From: Ignavibacteriota bacterium
GTDB lineage: Bacteria > Bacteroidota > Ignavibacteria > UBA10030 > UBA6906
NCBI GenBank assembly: GCA_963801355.1
Contig: CAWDEM010000008.1
Span: forward strand, 2,528,001-2,592,000
Reading direction: 5' to 3'
Length of the DNA: 64,000 bases
Every line of letters starts with the position of its first letter. Position 1 is the stretch's first letter. The notes under the pieces were generated by a model that saw only the letters and a list, made by a program, of their open reading frames with translations, made no database searches and was not told the origin of the DNA. This document shows, piece by piece, positions 1-10,411 of the stretch. A program made the translations under genes and the position numbers.

Positions 1-2
1 TC

Positions 3-1505
3 TGCATGACCAGCGATCATGATGCCATCCGGAAGATCGAGGCATTCACTCATGGGCACGGAAGCGACGCCACCATCCTCACGGCGGCAACCCGATCAAA
101 CGAACCGCTGGAGCTTGCACTGCAGTTCGCCCGGAAAAAATCTCCGGTGGTTGTTGTCGGCTCGAGTGGCATGAATGTCGTTCGCGGACCGTTTTACGAC
201 AAAGAGCTGGACCTGCGCATCGCAACATCCTACGGTCCGGGCCGCTACGATCCCGCCTACGAAGAACAGGGGCATGACTATCCGATTGGCTATGTCCGGT
301 GGACGGAAAACCGGAACATGGAAGCATTCCTCGACCTGGTGGCGTCGCGCGCAATCACCGTCGCCCCCCTGATAACACACAAGATCCCGATCCGGGACGC
401 CCTCACCGCCTACGATATGATCACGGGAAAGACCAGGGCCCGGTACGTCGGCATCCTGATCGAATACGGCACAGCCCCAGTCGATGCGTCCCGGCGTGTC
501 GATACCGCGCCACCACCCGGCGAGCGCACGGTATCGCCGGACGTAGCCGTCGCGTTCATCGGCGCAGGCAATTTCGCACAATCATATCTCCTGCCGCCGC
601 TCAAGGCGTTGCATGTGCCCCTGCAGGGCGTCGTGACGTCGACACCGGTCAATGCCAACGCGGCGGCGCGCAAATTCGGCTTTTCCTACTGCGCTTCCGA
701 TGCCGATGAGATTCTGAAGGACCCGGCCGTCACCGCGGTCTTCATTGCATCCCGCCATGATTCGCACGCCGCATATGTCGTGCAGGCTCTGCACGCCGGG
801 AAACATGTCTTTGTGGAGAAACCTCTCGCGATCAGCCGCGAACAGCTACGGGCAATCCGGGAGGAACTCGGTAGCTCTCCCCATCCGCATCTCACGGTGG
901 GCTTCAATCGGAGATACTCCAGAACATTCAACGACATCAAGGAATTCTTCGAAGGCACACAGGAGCCGCTCGCGATTTTCTACCGCGTGAATGCGGGATT
1001 CATGCCGCTTACGAAGTGGATGCAGGACCCTGCCCAGGGAGGACGGTTCATCGGCGAGGGGTGCCATTTCATTGATTGCATGTCCTATCTCACAAACGCC
1101 CGCCCGGTGAGAATCTTTGCTGAACGGGTGCCCTCGGTACACCAGGCCGTCGAAACCAGCGACAACCTGAGCGTGCTGATCAAATTCTCCGACGGGTCGG
1201 TCGGCACCCTGTTGTATCTTGCTCACGGCGAAGGGGCACTCCCCAAGGAATATTGTGAAGTCTCAGGAGGCGGCAAGAGCGTCGTCATGAATGACTTTGC
1301 AGAATCATTCTTCTATACCCAGGGTAAGCGGCGGCGGCGCTCATACAATCACGGGAAGGGACATGACGAGGAGATCGGCCATTTCATCCGCGTGGTCAGG
1401 GGACTTGAACAACCGACACTGACCATCGAATCGATGATGCTCACGACGGAGGCGACAATCGCCGCTATGGAGTCCCTGAAAACAGGGGGACCGGTGAATC
1501 TCTGA
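3..1505 (+). CDS. Bi-domain oxidoreductase (Zn-binding ADH-like N-part + Gfo/Idh/MocA C-part), 5'-truncated by window edge
   Basis: SYGPGRYDPAYEEQGHDYPIGYVRWTENRN signature, then IGAGNFA, HVFVEKP and VGFNRR motifs; frame is open to the window start. Confidence 0.88.
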   Translation, partial: CMTSDHDAIRKIEAFTHGHGSDATILTAATRSNEPLELALQFARKKSPVVVVGSSGMNVVRGPFYDKELDLRIATSYGPGRYDPAYEEQGHDYPIGYVRWTENRNMEAFLDLVASRAITVAPLITHKIPIRDALTAYDMITGKTRARYVGILIEYGTAPVDASRRVDTAPPPGERTVSPDVAVAFIGAGNFAQSYLLPPLKALHVPLQGVVTSTPVNANAAARKFGFSYCASDADEILKDPAVTAVFIASRHDSHAAYVVQALHAGKHVFVEKPLAISREQLRAIREELGSSPHPHLTVGFNRRYSRTFNDIKEFFEGTQEPLAIFYRVNAGFMPLTKWMQDPAQGGRFIGEGCHFIDCMSYLTNARPVRIFAERVPSVHQAVETSDNLSVLIKFSDGSVGTLLYLAHGEGALPKEYCEVSGGGKSVVMNDFAESFFYTQGKRRRRSYNHGKGHDEEIGHFIRVVRGLEQPTLTIESMMLTTEATIAAMESLKTGGPVNL

Positions 1506-1577
1506 TGGACTCAGGACGTCATTGCCGGATCACAGGAGTGACATGCTCACGGTCACATTGAAGGTGCTCGAGGGACG

Positions 1578-3101
1578 ATGACACACACCGCCCAGGCAGT
1601 CAGAGATTCCAAGGGGTACGCATACGCTTTCCTGCTCGTGTCCGGTTTCACGTTCTGGTTCATCCTCGGCTTCCCATTCCAGCACCACAACGAGTCATAC
1701 ATCTGGGTCGCACATCTGGAGAACGGCAGCTTTCTGGATTGCGTTCTCCACAAGATGGTCCCCGTGGCAAACTACCGTCCCCTCGGCCAGGCGGTCATAT
1801 GGCTGACCTTTCGCCTCTCCGGCGGCTCGGTTGCACCGGCCCAGGTGTTCAACTTCGTTGTCGCCATCGGCGCCTGGCTTCTCGCATTTGCCGTGATGAA
1901 GGAGCGGCGTGTCTTTGGAGTCGCCGGCCTGTTCGCCGGCGGTCTCTTCTTCCCGGGGTACATCTACATCTTCCATCTGCATGGCGCCTTCTACAGCCCG
2001 GTGCTTCTTTTCCTTGTGCTCCTGTTCGTAGTCTTTGAGGAAGGAAACGGAAAGCACCATGTCGGGCTTGCGACGGCAGGGGCCCTGATCGCGGCATTCT
2101 TCCATCCCTATGCTCTCCTGCTCTCCATCGCCGCCATACTCGGCGCATGGTGGAAGCAGCGGCATTCACTGTCACGGACGGAAACCCTCTCCCTGTTCGT
2201 TGCCGCGTTCGTGGCTGCAGCCGCCATTGTTGTTCTGGTCATCCTTCCGGGCAACACCGAACCGGGATCCCTCGCGAGGCGCTGGACGGGTCTGGTGACT
2301 TCGTATCGCGCCACGGAAGTCCATCCGGCGATTTCCGCGGTCGTGGCCGTGCTGACTCTTCTCACCGCTCTCAGCGCCGGGCCACGCCGGACTACAAGGG
2401 TACTCCTCACGGGAAGTGCGGCGGCCGGATTGATTGCGCTCCAACTGCTCGGTCTGCCCCTGTTCTTTGTGTGGATCGCCGTGTCGGCGGCGAAACTCCT
2501 GCTCCTGAACCACATCAGCCTCGCCGCCACGCTCCTCACAGCGTCAATCCTCCCTGCGATCGCTCCGACGGGATCACCGACGTACGCAATCTTTGCAGGA
2601 ATGCTCTGCGCCATTGCACTGGCGATCGACGCACACAGGTATGAGCATGCCCTGTCACGTATCGGCATGCGCACAGGTGCCGCGGTATTCGTGGCAACTG
2701 TCGTCATGGCGCTGGTTCTGCGATCCGGTGTCAGGGTTCCCGTCCTGACACGCCTCGCCACACCAGTACTGGCGGAACGCGAGAGAACTGAACAGCTTGT
2801 CACAATTCTCGACTGGTGGCGACACTCCCAATACTCAGCCTTGCCCGTCACACTGGGCCAGACAGCCTATAATCCCGTCGATGCTGTCGACGTCGCTGAC
2901 AGGAGATCCAGGCCACCCACTACTCCCGAGTACCTGTATCAGTATACAGCCCACCGGTGGAACCGGGGCAAGCCTGCGGAAACCGATACTTCCCGCCTCG
3001 TTGTTGTTTTCGGCAGCGAGAACCAATCGTCAGGCGTCCCTGTGTACACACTGACCGCCAGGTTTGCGACACCGGGACGCGTACTGGTCGAAACCAACTA
3101 G
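1578..3101 (+). CDS. Polytopic membrane protein, possibly GT-C-like
   Basis: 507 aa with many hydrophobic segments, early loop with 'HHNESY...NYRP', soluble C-terminal domain. Confidence 0.6.
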   Translation: MTHTAQAVRDSKGYAYAFLLVSGFTFWFILGFPFQHHNESYIWVAHLENGSFLDCVLHKMVPVANYRPLGQAVIWLTFRLSGGSVAPAQVFNFVVAIGAWLLAFAVMKERRVFGVAGLFAGGLFFPGYIYIFHLHGAFYSPVLLFLVLLFVVFEEGNGKHHVGLATAGALIAAFFHPYALLLSIAAILGAWWKQRHSLSRTETLSLFVAAFVAAAAIVVLVILPGNTEPGSLARRWTGLVTSYRATEVHPAISAVVAVLTLLTALSAGPRRTTRVLLTGSAAAGLIALQLLGLPLFFVWIAVSAAKLLLLNHISLAATLLTASILPAIAPTGSPTYAIFAGMLCAIALAIDAHRYEHALSRIGMRTGAAVFVATVVMALVLRSGVRVPVLTRLATPVLAERERTEQLVTILDWWRHSQYSALPVTLGQTAYNPVDAVDVADRRSRPPTTPEYLYQYTAHRWNRGKPAETDTSRLVVVFGSENQSSGVPVYTLTARFATPGRVLVETN

Positions 3102-3192
3102 CATGCATCTATCGAAACAGGTCACGGCGATCCGCACAACTCCATGCACCCGGCGCCCACATCGACATCCTGCAGCACAATGAAGGACCTCC

Positions 3193-4341
3193 GTGAAATA
3201 TCATCCTGACCGGACATTGCGTGTGGGATACTATAGTGACGGATACGTGGCGGGCCGTCTGCTCATCGATCTGCCGTTCGGGGACGAGATCCGTCTCGAA
3301 CGGAAACGGGATCTGTTCAATGCCCTCACGTTTGCCCAGCGCAGACTCTATCGGCCCGCCAGAGCAACGGAGCTCATCAACTGCCTTCACCACGACCTGG
3401 GGATTGCAGACGTCCATCTGAATCATCTCATGAACTGCATCAGCCTGTCCTCCATCCCCTGGGTGGTCAGCTATGAGCACTACCTTCCTCGATGGGACTG
3501 GCACTCCGCGTGGGGATGGAAATATCTCGCCGGTCCCGCCTGCAGAAAAATCCTGGCTATCAGCCAGTGGGCACTCAGGTTTCAAGAGCATCTCCTCGAT
3601 CAGCATCCGGAGCTCCGTGAGGCCATCCGCCCGAAGCTGTGCGTTGTGACTCCGAGCCAGAAGGTCCTTGTTCCACGATATGACAACAAGGTCCTTGACG
3701 CCGACCGTATCACGTTCACCATGGTCGGCAGCGATTTTTTCAGGAAGGGGGGAATGGAGATTCTCGAGGCCTTCACGCAGCTTGTCGGCGAAAAGCTGCC
3801 CGTGCATTTGCATATCGTGTCGACGCTGACCTATGGCGATTATGCTTCAAAGACCACCGTGGCTGACCTCAACCGGGCGCAAGCCCTCATCGCGCGTCTG
3901 GGTGACAGCGTCTCGTACCACAAGTACCTGGACAATCAGCGGGTTCTTGAGCTCTTTACTCGCTCGCACGTCGGACTGCTTCCAACCTATGACGATACCT
4001 ACGGGTTTTCGGTCCTGGAAGCACAGGGTGCGGGGTGCCCGGTGATCAGTACAGACGGCGCTGCATTGCCGGAATTCAACAATGATGAGATCGGCTGGTT
4101 GATTTCCGTCCCCAAAAACGAGCTGAACGGAACGGTGTACGAAACCCCTGCAGATCGTCAGCGGCTCTCCGCCTGCATTCGCGACGGCCTCCTGCGGATC
4201 ATCCGCCGGATATGCGCTGACCCATCCCTGGTACGCGCCAAGGGTGAGCGTGCCCTCGAACGCATCAGGCTCGACTGCAGCCCCGCAGACCGTGTGCGGC
4301 AACTCAAGACGATTTACCACGAATCGCTGGCGGTGGAGTGA
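3193..4341 (+). CDS. Glycosyltransferase family 4
   Basis: GTG start after GAAGGA; FFRKGG and DTYGFSVLEAQGAGCPVIST GT-B motifs. Confidence 0.85.
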   Translation: MKYHPDRTLRVGYYSDGYVAGRLLIDLPFGDEIRLERKRDLFNALTFAQRRLYRPARATELINCLHHDLGIADVHLNHLMNCISLSSIPWVVSYEHYLPRWDWHSAWGWKYLAGPACRKILAISQWALRFQEHLLDQHPELREAIRPKLCVVTPSQKVLVPRYDNKVLDADRITFTMVGSDFFRKGGMEILEAFTQLVGEKLPVHLHIVSTLTYGDYASKTTVADLNRAQALIARLGDSVSYHKYLDNQRVLELFTRSHVGLLPTYDDTYGFSVLEAQGAGCPVISTDGAALPEFNNDEIGWLISVPKNELNGTVYETPADRQRLSACIRDGLLRIIRRICADPSLVRAKGERALERIRLDCSPADRVRQLKTIYHESLAVE

Positions 4342-4368
4342 TCACCGTCACCCGGGAAGACGGCATGG

Positions 4369-4411
4369 TGTGACCTGGAGCACTTGCACTCCGGGGAAAT
4401 TCCCTTACATT
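4369..4411 (+). promoter_or_regulatory. Putative promoter TTGCAC-N16-TACATT with overlapping CRP/FNR-like box TGTGA-CCTGGA-GCACT
   Basis: Box 4369-4384, -35 at 4384-4389, -10 at 4406-4411; box centre is about -41.5 from the inferred +1; lies upstream of the epimerase gene. Confidence 0.4.
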
Positions 4412-4449
4412 GGTTACGATAGACACCTGACAATCAAGAGGAGCTCACA

Positions 4450-5478
4450 ATGCGGGTACTCGTCACTGGCAGCCGGGGCTACATTGGCTCGGTCATGGTG
4501 CCACTGCTCATGGCAGAAGGCCACCAGGTCACTGGAATTGACACTGATTTTTACGAAAACTGCACTTTCGGAGAATGGAAAGACCCGATTCGTACTGTGC
4601 GCAAGGATGTCCGCGAGACAGTCGTGGATGATTTCAAAGGCCTTGACGCGGTCATCCATCTGGCCGCGCTCTCCAACGATCCGCTTGGTGACATCAACCC
4701 GGATTTGACGTATGATATCAACCACCTTGCCTCGGTGCGCATCGCCCGCCTGGCGAAAGAGGCCGGTGTACAACGGTTTGTGTTTGCATCTTCCTGCAGC
4801 AATTATGGCGCCGCGGGTGACAACTTTGTGAACGAGACATCGGACCTGAATCCTGTGACACCCTACGGAGTCTCCAAGGTGCGTGTCGAACGGGATGTGG
4901 CTACCATCGCCGATGACAGCTTCAGTCCGACGTTCCTCCGGTGCGCGACGGCATACGGGCTGTCGCCCCGTCAACGGTTCGACGTTGTGTTGAACAACCT
5001 CGTCGCCTGGGCCTTCACGTCAGGTCTGGTGTACCTGAAGAGTGACGGAACACCCTGGCGTCCCATCGTCCATATCGAGGACATAGCGCGTGCATTTATT
5101 GCCGTACTCGGCGCTCCGAGGGAAATCGTTCACAAACAGGCATTCAACGTCGGACAGACAACCGAGAACTACAGGATTTCTGAGATCGCCGAGATCGTGA
5201 AAGCCGTCGTGCCCAACACCACGGTCCAATTCGCTGAGGGCGCAGGCCCCGATCTGCGCTGCTACCGGGCGGACTTCAGCAAGATTGCGCGCGTGCTCCC
5301 GTCATTCAAACCCCAGTGGACAGCCCGCAGAGGGGCGGAACAACTGTACGAAGCCTACAAGAAGATCGGCCTGAGTCTGGACGATTTCGAGGGGCCCCGC
5401 TACAAACGCATTGATCATATCCGACAGCTGCTCGCATCGGGAAAGCTGGACACATCGCTGCGTTGGACTTCACACTGA
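4450..5478 (+). CDS. NAD-dependent nucleotide-sugar epimerase/dehydratase (extended SDR)
   Basis: [19 protein letters not shown] and YGVSK motifs; GAGGAG RBS. Confidence 0.9.
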   Translation: MRVLVTGSRGYIGSVMVPLLMAEGHQVTGIDTDFYENCTFGEWKDPIRTVRKDVRETVVDDFKGLDAVIHLAALSNDPLGDINPDLTYDINHLASVRIARLAKEAGVQRFVFASSCSNYGAAGDNFVNETSDLNPVTPYGVSKVRVERDVATIADDSFSPTFLRCATAYGLSPRQRFDVVLNNLVAWAFTSGLVYLKSDGTPWRPIVHIEDIARAFIAVLGAPREIVHKQAFNVGQTTENYRISEIAEIVKAVVPNTTVQFAEGAGPDLRCYRADFSKIARVLPSFKPQWTARRGAEQLYEAYKKIGLSLDDFEGPRYKRIDHIRQLLASGKLDTSLRWTSH

Positions 5479-5496
5479 ACCCGGAGGATACTTCGA

Positions 5497-6750
5497 ATGC
5501 CTACTGCTCCTGCTTCCATCTATGGCGATTGCCTGTTCTGCGGTACCCCCTTGCGACGCACCTTCGTCGACCTCGGGATGTCGCCCTTGTGCGAAAGTTA
5601 CGTCAGTGCCTCACACCTCAACTCCATGGAGCCGTTTTACCCTCTTCATGTGTTCGTGTGCGAGAAGTGTTTCCTGGTGCAGCTCCAGGAATATGTTAAC
5701 CCGGCCGACATCTTTTCCGAATACGCGTATTTCTCGTCGTACTCGGACAGCTGGGTCGAGCACGCACGGCGGTATACCGAAATGATGGAAGGCCGGTTCG
5801 GTCTCACATCGCGAAGCCTTGTTGTAGAACTCGCCAGCAATGATGGATACCTGTTGCAGCACTTCGTCAAGCGCGGCATTCCGGTGCTGGGCATCGAGCC
5901 CGCTGCAAATGTCGCCCGGGCAGCCGAGGAACGCAACGTACCAACGCTTGTGGAATTCTTCGACGACAAGATGGCCCGTCGCCTCGCAGCCGAAGGAAAG
6001 CATGCGGATGTCATTGCGGGGAACAACGTGCTCGCCCAGGTGCCGGGGGTAAATCCTTTCGTCGAGGGCATGCGCATCCTGCTCAAGCCGGAGGGTGTTG
6101 TGACGATTGAGTTCCCGCATCTCATGCGTTTGATGCAGGAGAACCAGTTTGACACTATTTACCACGAGCATTTCTTCTATTTCTCATTTATCGCCGCCGA
6201 GAAGGTCTTCGCCGCGCATGGCCTGACGCTGTTCGATGTGGAGGAGCTTCCGACACATGGCGGCTCACTCCGCATCTTCGGGCGCCACGAGAAGAACACA
6301 CAACTGCCGGTCACCGAACGTGCACAAGAGCTGAAGCAGCGCGAGCTGAATGCCGGCCTCCTTCGCCTCGAGACCTACGAATCCTTCGATGAGCAGGTGC
6401 GGGAAACAAAACGCAAGCTGCTCGAGCTCCTGATCACCCTGAAGCGCCAGGGGAAAACCATAGCAGGCTACGGCGCCCCGGGAAAAGGCAATACGCTACT
6501 TAATTATTGCGGTATCCGGCACGACTTCCTGGACTACACGGTTGATCGGAACCCATATAAACAGGGGAAATTCCTCCCCGGAACACACGTGCCGATTCAT
6601 TCCCCGGAGCGCATCCGAGAAACGAAGCCCGATTACATCATGATTCTCCCGTGGAATTTCAAGGACGAAATCATGCAGCAGATCAGCTACATCCGTGAAT
6701 GGGGTGCGCAATTCATCATCCCCATTCCCGAAGCCCGCATTATCCCATGA
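5497..6750 (+). CDS. NDP-sugar C-methyltransferase family (Zn-binding N-domain + class I SAM + C-terminal domain)
   Basis: CxxC...CxxC, ELASNDGYLL, FDTIYHEH, THGGSLR, GYGAPGKGNTLLNY and ILPWN motifs. Confidence 0.9.
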   Translation: MPTAPASIYGDCLFCGTPLRRTFVDLGMSPLCESYVSASHLNSMEPFYPLHVFVCEKCFLVQLQEYVNPADIFSEYAYFSSYSDSWVEHARRYTEMMEGRFGLTSRSLVVELASNDGYLLQHFVKRGIPVLGIEPAANVARAAEERNVPTLVEFFDDKMARRLAAEGKHADVIAGNNVLAQVPGVNPFVEGMRILLKPEGVVTIEFPHLMRLMQENQFDTIYHEHFFYFSFIAAEKVFAAHGLTLFDVEELPTHGGSLRIFGRHEKNTQLPVTERAQELKQRELNAGLLRLETYESFDEQVRETKRKLLELLITLKRQGKTIAGYGAPGKGNTLLNYCGIRHDFLDYTVDRNPYKQGKFLPGTHVPIHSPERIRETKPDYIMILPWNFKDEIMQQISYIREWGAQFIIPIPEARIIP

Positions 6751-6769
6751 TGGACCGAAGGAGTCAGCC

Positions 6770-7564
6770 ATGAAAGTTGTCCTTTTCTGCGGCGGCATGG
6801 GCATGCGCCTGCGCGAGTATTCCGAAACCATTCCGAAGCCCATGGTGAACGTCGGACACCGGCCCATTCTCTGGAACGTCATGAAGTATTACGCTCACTA
6901 CGGACACAAAGACTTCATTCTCTGCCTCGGCCATCAGGGGGATGTGATCAAGCAGTATTTTCTGAACTACAACGAAGCCCTCTCAAACGATTTCGTTCTC
7001 TCGGGTTCAGGAGACAATGTCCGGCTGTTCGGAAGCGACATTGAGGACTGGACGATCACCTTCGCCGACACGGGACTCACTGCCTGCATCGGACAGCGGC
7101 TCCGTGCCGTTCAGAAATATGTCAAAGATGAGGAGGTCTTCCTGGCGAACTACTCGGATGGCCTTTCCAACCTGCCGCTCAACGATGTCATTGCGCACTT
7201 CCGCGCCCACAACAGTGTCGCCAGCTTCGTCTCCGTCAAACCCAGCCAGAGTTTTGATGTGATCGTCTCCAGGGATGGGGTCCACGTCGACGAACTGCAG
7301 CCGATCGCCCAAACGGGCGTCAGAATGAATGCCGGGTACTTCACCTTCAAACAGGAAATCTTCGACCACATGCGGGAGGGAGAGGAACTCGTGTACGAAC
7401 CCTTCCGTCGACTCATCGCAAAGAAACAGCTTGTGACATATCGTTATGACGGCTTCTTCATGTGTATGGATACGTTCAAGGAAAAGCGAACAATTGACGA
7501 CATGGTTGCCAACGGCAACGCCCCCTGGGAAGTCTGGAAACAGTCGGGCGCACCGGCCACCTGA
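6770..7564 (+). CDS. rfbF: Glucose-1-phosphate cytidylyltransferase-like
   Basis: Start at MKVVLFCGGMGMRLRE after AAGGAG; PKPMV, YAHYGHKDFILCLG and CMDT motifs. Confidence 0.82.
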   Translation: MKVVLFCGGMGMRLREYSETIPKPMVNVGHRPILWNVMKYYAHYGHKDFILCLGHQGDVIKQYFLNYNEALSNDFVLSGSGDNVRLFGSDIEDWTITFADTGLTACIGQRLRAVQKYVKDEEVFLANYSDGLSNLPLNDVIAHFRAHNSVASFVSVKPSQSFDVIVSRDGVHVDELQPIAQTGVRMNAGYFTFKQEIFDHMREGEELVYEPFRRLIAKKQLVTYRYDGFFMCMDTFKEKRTIDDMVANGNAPWEVWKQSGAPAT

Positions 7565-7575
7565 AGGGCGACGCA

Positions 7576-8223
7576 ATGAAACCACTGTTGTTGGGAAAAC
7601 AGCGCAAGTTCCACCTGCTCTGTCTCGGGGCTCACTCCGACGATATAGAAATCGGATGCGGCGGGACAATACTCCGGCTGCTGGAAGAGTATCCCGACAT
7701 GGCTGTCCACTGGGTCGTGTTCGGCGCATCGGGTAAGCGGGCTGAAGAGGCGATGGAGAGCGCGACGGCGTTTCTCACGGCCGCCCGATCCCCCAGGATC
7801 GATGTGAAGGGCCTCCGGGACGGATTCCTGCCGTACCTCGGGGGAGAGGTAAAAGATCTCTTCGAAGAACTGAAAGCCGGGGTCAACCCCGACCTGATCC
7901 TGACACACTACCGTAACGACCTCCATCAGGATCACCGGCTCGTCTGCGAACTCACATGGAACACCTACAGGGATCACCTCATCTGGGAGTATGAGGTGCC
8001 CAAGTACGACGGCGACCTTGGCACACCGAACATCTTCGTGAGCCTTACCGAAAAACTCTGCCGGCAAAAGACCGACCATCTCATGAAGCACTTTCGCACG
8101 CAGCGCAGCAAACGGTGGTTCAGCCGTGACGTCTTCATGGGACTCATGCGCCTCCGTGGCATCGAGGCGGCAGGCCCTTCTCCGTATGCGGAAGCCTACT
8201 ACGGACGGAAGGTGCTGATCTAA
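7576..8223 (+). CDS. PIG-L/LmbE family deacetylase
   Basis: GAHSDDIEIGCGGT and DLHQDH motifs. Confidence 0.88.
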   Translation: MKPLLLGKQRKFHLLCLGAHSDDIEIGCGGTILRLLEEYPDMAVHWVVFGASGKRAEEAMESATAFLTAARSPRIDVKGLRDGFLPYLGGEVKDLFEELKAGVNPDLILTHYRNDLHQDHRLVCELTWNTYRDHLIWEYEVPKYDGDLGTPNIFVSLTEKLCRQKTDHLMKHFRTQRSKRWFSRDVFMGLMRLRGIEAAGPSPYAEAYYGRKVLI

Positions 8224-8229
8224 TCCGCT

Positions 8230-10338
8230 TTAGTTACCGCCGGGGAGTTTCCAGAGCGTAGCATAACCGTTATTGAAGACCTGGGTGGCACCCGGCGTCT
8301 GCAACAGCACCTCGTGCGGTCCGGGCCACGCGCCCGAATCCTCTCGCACCACAAACAGGTAGTTGACTCCCAATCGACGGAGGTTGGCCACGAAGAGATC
8401 CGTGCGGGCGGGCGGCTCGGGAGACCAGTAGCTCGAGCTGTCGTCGGGTGTGCGGACAATGTCATGCAGCAACGGGGGGACCGTACCGTCACCCAGCACC
8501 TGGACCGGCACCTTGTCCAGCTGCCGTCCAAAGACCGGATAGGAGTGCTGTGCTGCCGAGCCAATGCACGCAATGCGGGAGTTCGCGGGGAGAGCATTGA
8601 TAGCTCGCCAGACCTCACCGATCGGATGCCCGTTTCTCCGGTAGGAAAAGATCTCTGTATCGGCATTCTTCTGAACAATCGGTTCCAGCAATAGCACCGC
8701 CGCAAAAACCAGCACTACCGCCGCCGTTCCCCCCCGCACGCCTGTTGCCAGCCTGAGGACCGATTCCCAGAACCGCTTCGGGATGACCAGGAGCGCGGCT
8801 GTTGCGCCCAACAGCACGGCAAGTTTCTCATGCGCACCATCCCATGCACCAATTGCCGCCACAAGCGAAAGCGCAAAGAAGACCTGTTGACCCCGCCGGG
8901 TCCGCCCCCACACCGTCGACCAGAGAATCATCCCGAGAAGAAATGGAAGGATCAGGAAACGAGGTTCAATCCGCAACACGGCCTGCGGATCGTTGTCTGT
9001 CCCCGAAAATGGCATGAATGGGAAGATCAGAACGCTCACAATGCCGATGAGCCCGAGGAGCAAGAGGAAATGCACCTGAAAAGCTGTCAATCCCTTGTTG
9101 CGTCTTGCCAGCGCCCATAATGCACCGGCGTATCCGGTGAACGCGAGGAGGCCGATTCCAAGCGGCCAATCGAACACGGAGAGGAGGATAAACTTCCATT
9201 GCTGGACATCGAGTGGACGGTTGGCGATCCAGGTCACGAGGCGCGTCCGCGTTTGCTCCGCGGCGCCGAATGGGCCGGAGAACACCAGCGCCTCGGCAGG
9301 ATACACCGGATTTCCGGTGTAGACAATATTCCGAATGTACCAGTAGCCACATGCGACAACCATCGCGCTTCCTGCCAGGAGCGCGGAGCTCATACGTTTC
9401 TCTCCTCTGGAAGCGAGAAGCCAGAGGAGCATGACCACACCGGGGACTGCAAACGGCGCTTTCACACCAGCCGCAAAACCTGCGAGAAGTCCGCTGTACA
9501 ACAGATCAGCGCGCCGCCTGCGCGATGGGATACCCGGCTCACGGGAATCCAGAAAGAACGTGAGCGCGCAGAGCATTGCCGTGGCCCCTGCAAAATCCAC
9601 CGCCGAGAACCTGCCGGCGGATACCGCGACCACCGGGGAAGCGATCATCAGGGCAAGACATGCCGCCGAGACCGGCACGGGGACGTCCATTTTCCTTGTG
9701 AGAGAAAAGACCGTGAACGCCAGCAGGCCGATCCAGAAGACCCCCACAAGGCCCACCAGTCCATCCGCGTGGAACGGGAGCATGTGCCAGAGCGAGAGGA
9801 TTTCCGAATTGAATGGATAATAGGTGGAGAGGCTTGAACCGAAAAGAGAGATCTTTTCCTCGGCGAGCCAATGGGCTATGGAAGAGGCATGATAGGACAG
9901 GTCATCCGAGCTGTAGCTGGGGCCTTTCACGAGCAGGCGGATCGCCGGGGGCAGCACAAACACAACGACGAGGGCAAGGGCAATGCCCGCTGCGATGGAA
10001 TTCGCCGGGCCGGCGGGAGCTTCTTTCCCGCGCACCGCGGGGACATCGGCCTGCAGCCTCCTCCGAGACCCACCCGGGAGCACACCATGCCCCCAGAAGA
10101 GCAGTGCATTCAGAACCAGGAGGAAAATGAGTATCGGCCCGATCGAGAGCAGCCCTGCGGACCCGAGCACAAGAACGGCGAGGTACACGACAAGAGGATA
10201 ACCTGCCACCGCCGCAAGCGCTACATGGGATTTCTCACAACCGCGGAACGCACGCGCTGCGAGCAGGTACGCAGCCGATGCAGCCGTCAGATTCTGCACG
10301 CAGAAGACGATTGTCTGCAGAAGCACACCGTTCGACAT
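8230..10338 (-). CDS. Large polytopic membrane protein, GT-C (ArnT/PMT-like) glycosyltransferase candidate
   Basis: 702 aa with many TM segments; loop 'SSDDLSYH...YYP'; 'AGVK' and 'WYIRNIVYTGNPVYP' segments; soluble C-tail. Confidence 0.65.
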   Translation of the reverse strand: MSNGVLLQTIVFCVQNLTAASAAYLLAARAFRGCEKSHVALAAVAGYPLVVYLAVLVLGSAGLLSIGPILIFLLVLNALLFWGHGVLPGGSRRRLQADVPAVRGKEAPAGPANSIAAGIALALVVVFVLPPAIRLLVKGPSYSSDDLSYHASSIAHWLAEEKISLFGSSLSTYYPFNSEILSLWHMLPFHADGLVGLVGVFWIGLLAFTVFSLTRKMDVPVPVSAACLALMIASPVVAVSAGRFSAVDFAGATAMLCALTFFLDSREPGIPSRRRRADLLYSGLLAGFAAGVKAPFAVPGVVMLLWLLASRGEKRMSSALLAGSAMVVACGYWYIRNIVYTGNPVYPAEALVFSGPFGAAEQTRTRLVTWIANRPLDVQQWKFILLSVFDWPLGIGLLAFTGYAGALWALARRNKGLTAFQVHFLLLLGLIGIVSVLIFPFMPFSGTDNDPQAVLRIEPRFLILPFLLGMILWSTVWGRTRRGQQVFFALSLVAAIGAWDGAHEKLAVLLGATAALLVIPKRFWESVLRLATGVRGGTAAVVLVFAAVLLLEPIVQKNADTEIFSYRRNGHPIGEVWRAINALPANSRIACIGSAAQHSYPVFGRQLDKVPVQVLGDGTVPPLLHDIVRTPDDSSSYWSPEPPARTDLFVANLRRLGVNYLFVVREDSGAWPGPHEVLLQTPGATQVFNNGYATLWKLPGGN

Positions 10339-10411
10339 AGGACAACCCTCCCGGGAACTCTACGCCGCGGATTCCGGATCCCGCCACATCCCGCACCTCG
10401 GCCTTCCGGTG

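Noticed and set aside
1542-1557. Fourth CRP-like box (TGTGA-CCGTGA-GCATG on the - strand)
   Set aside because: Poor second half-site and no adjacent promoter
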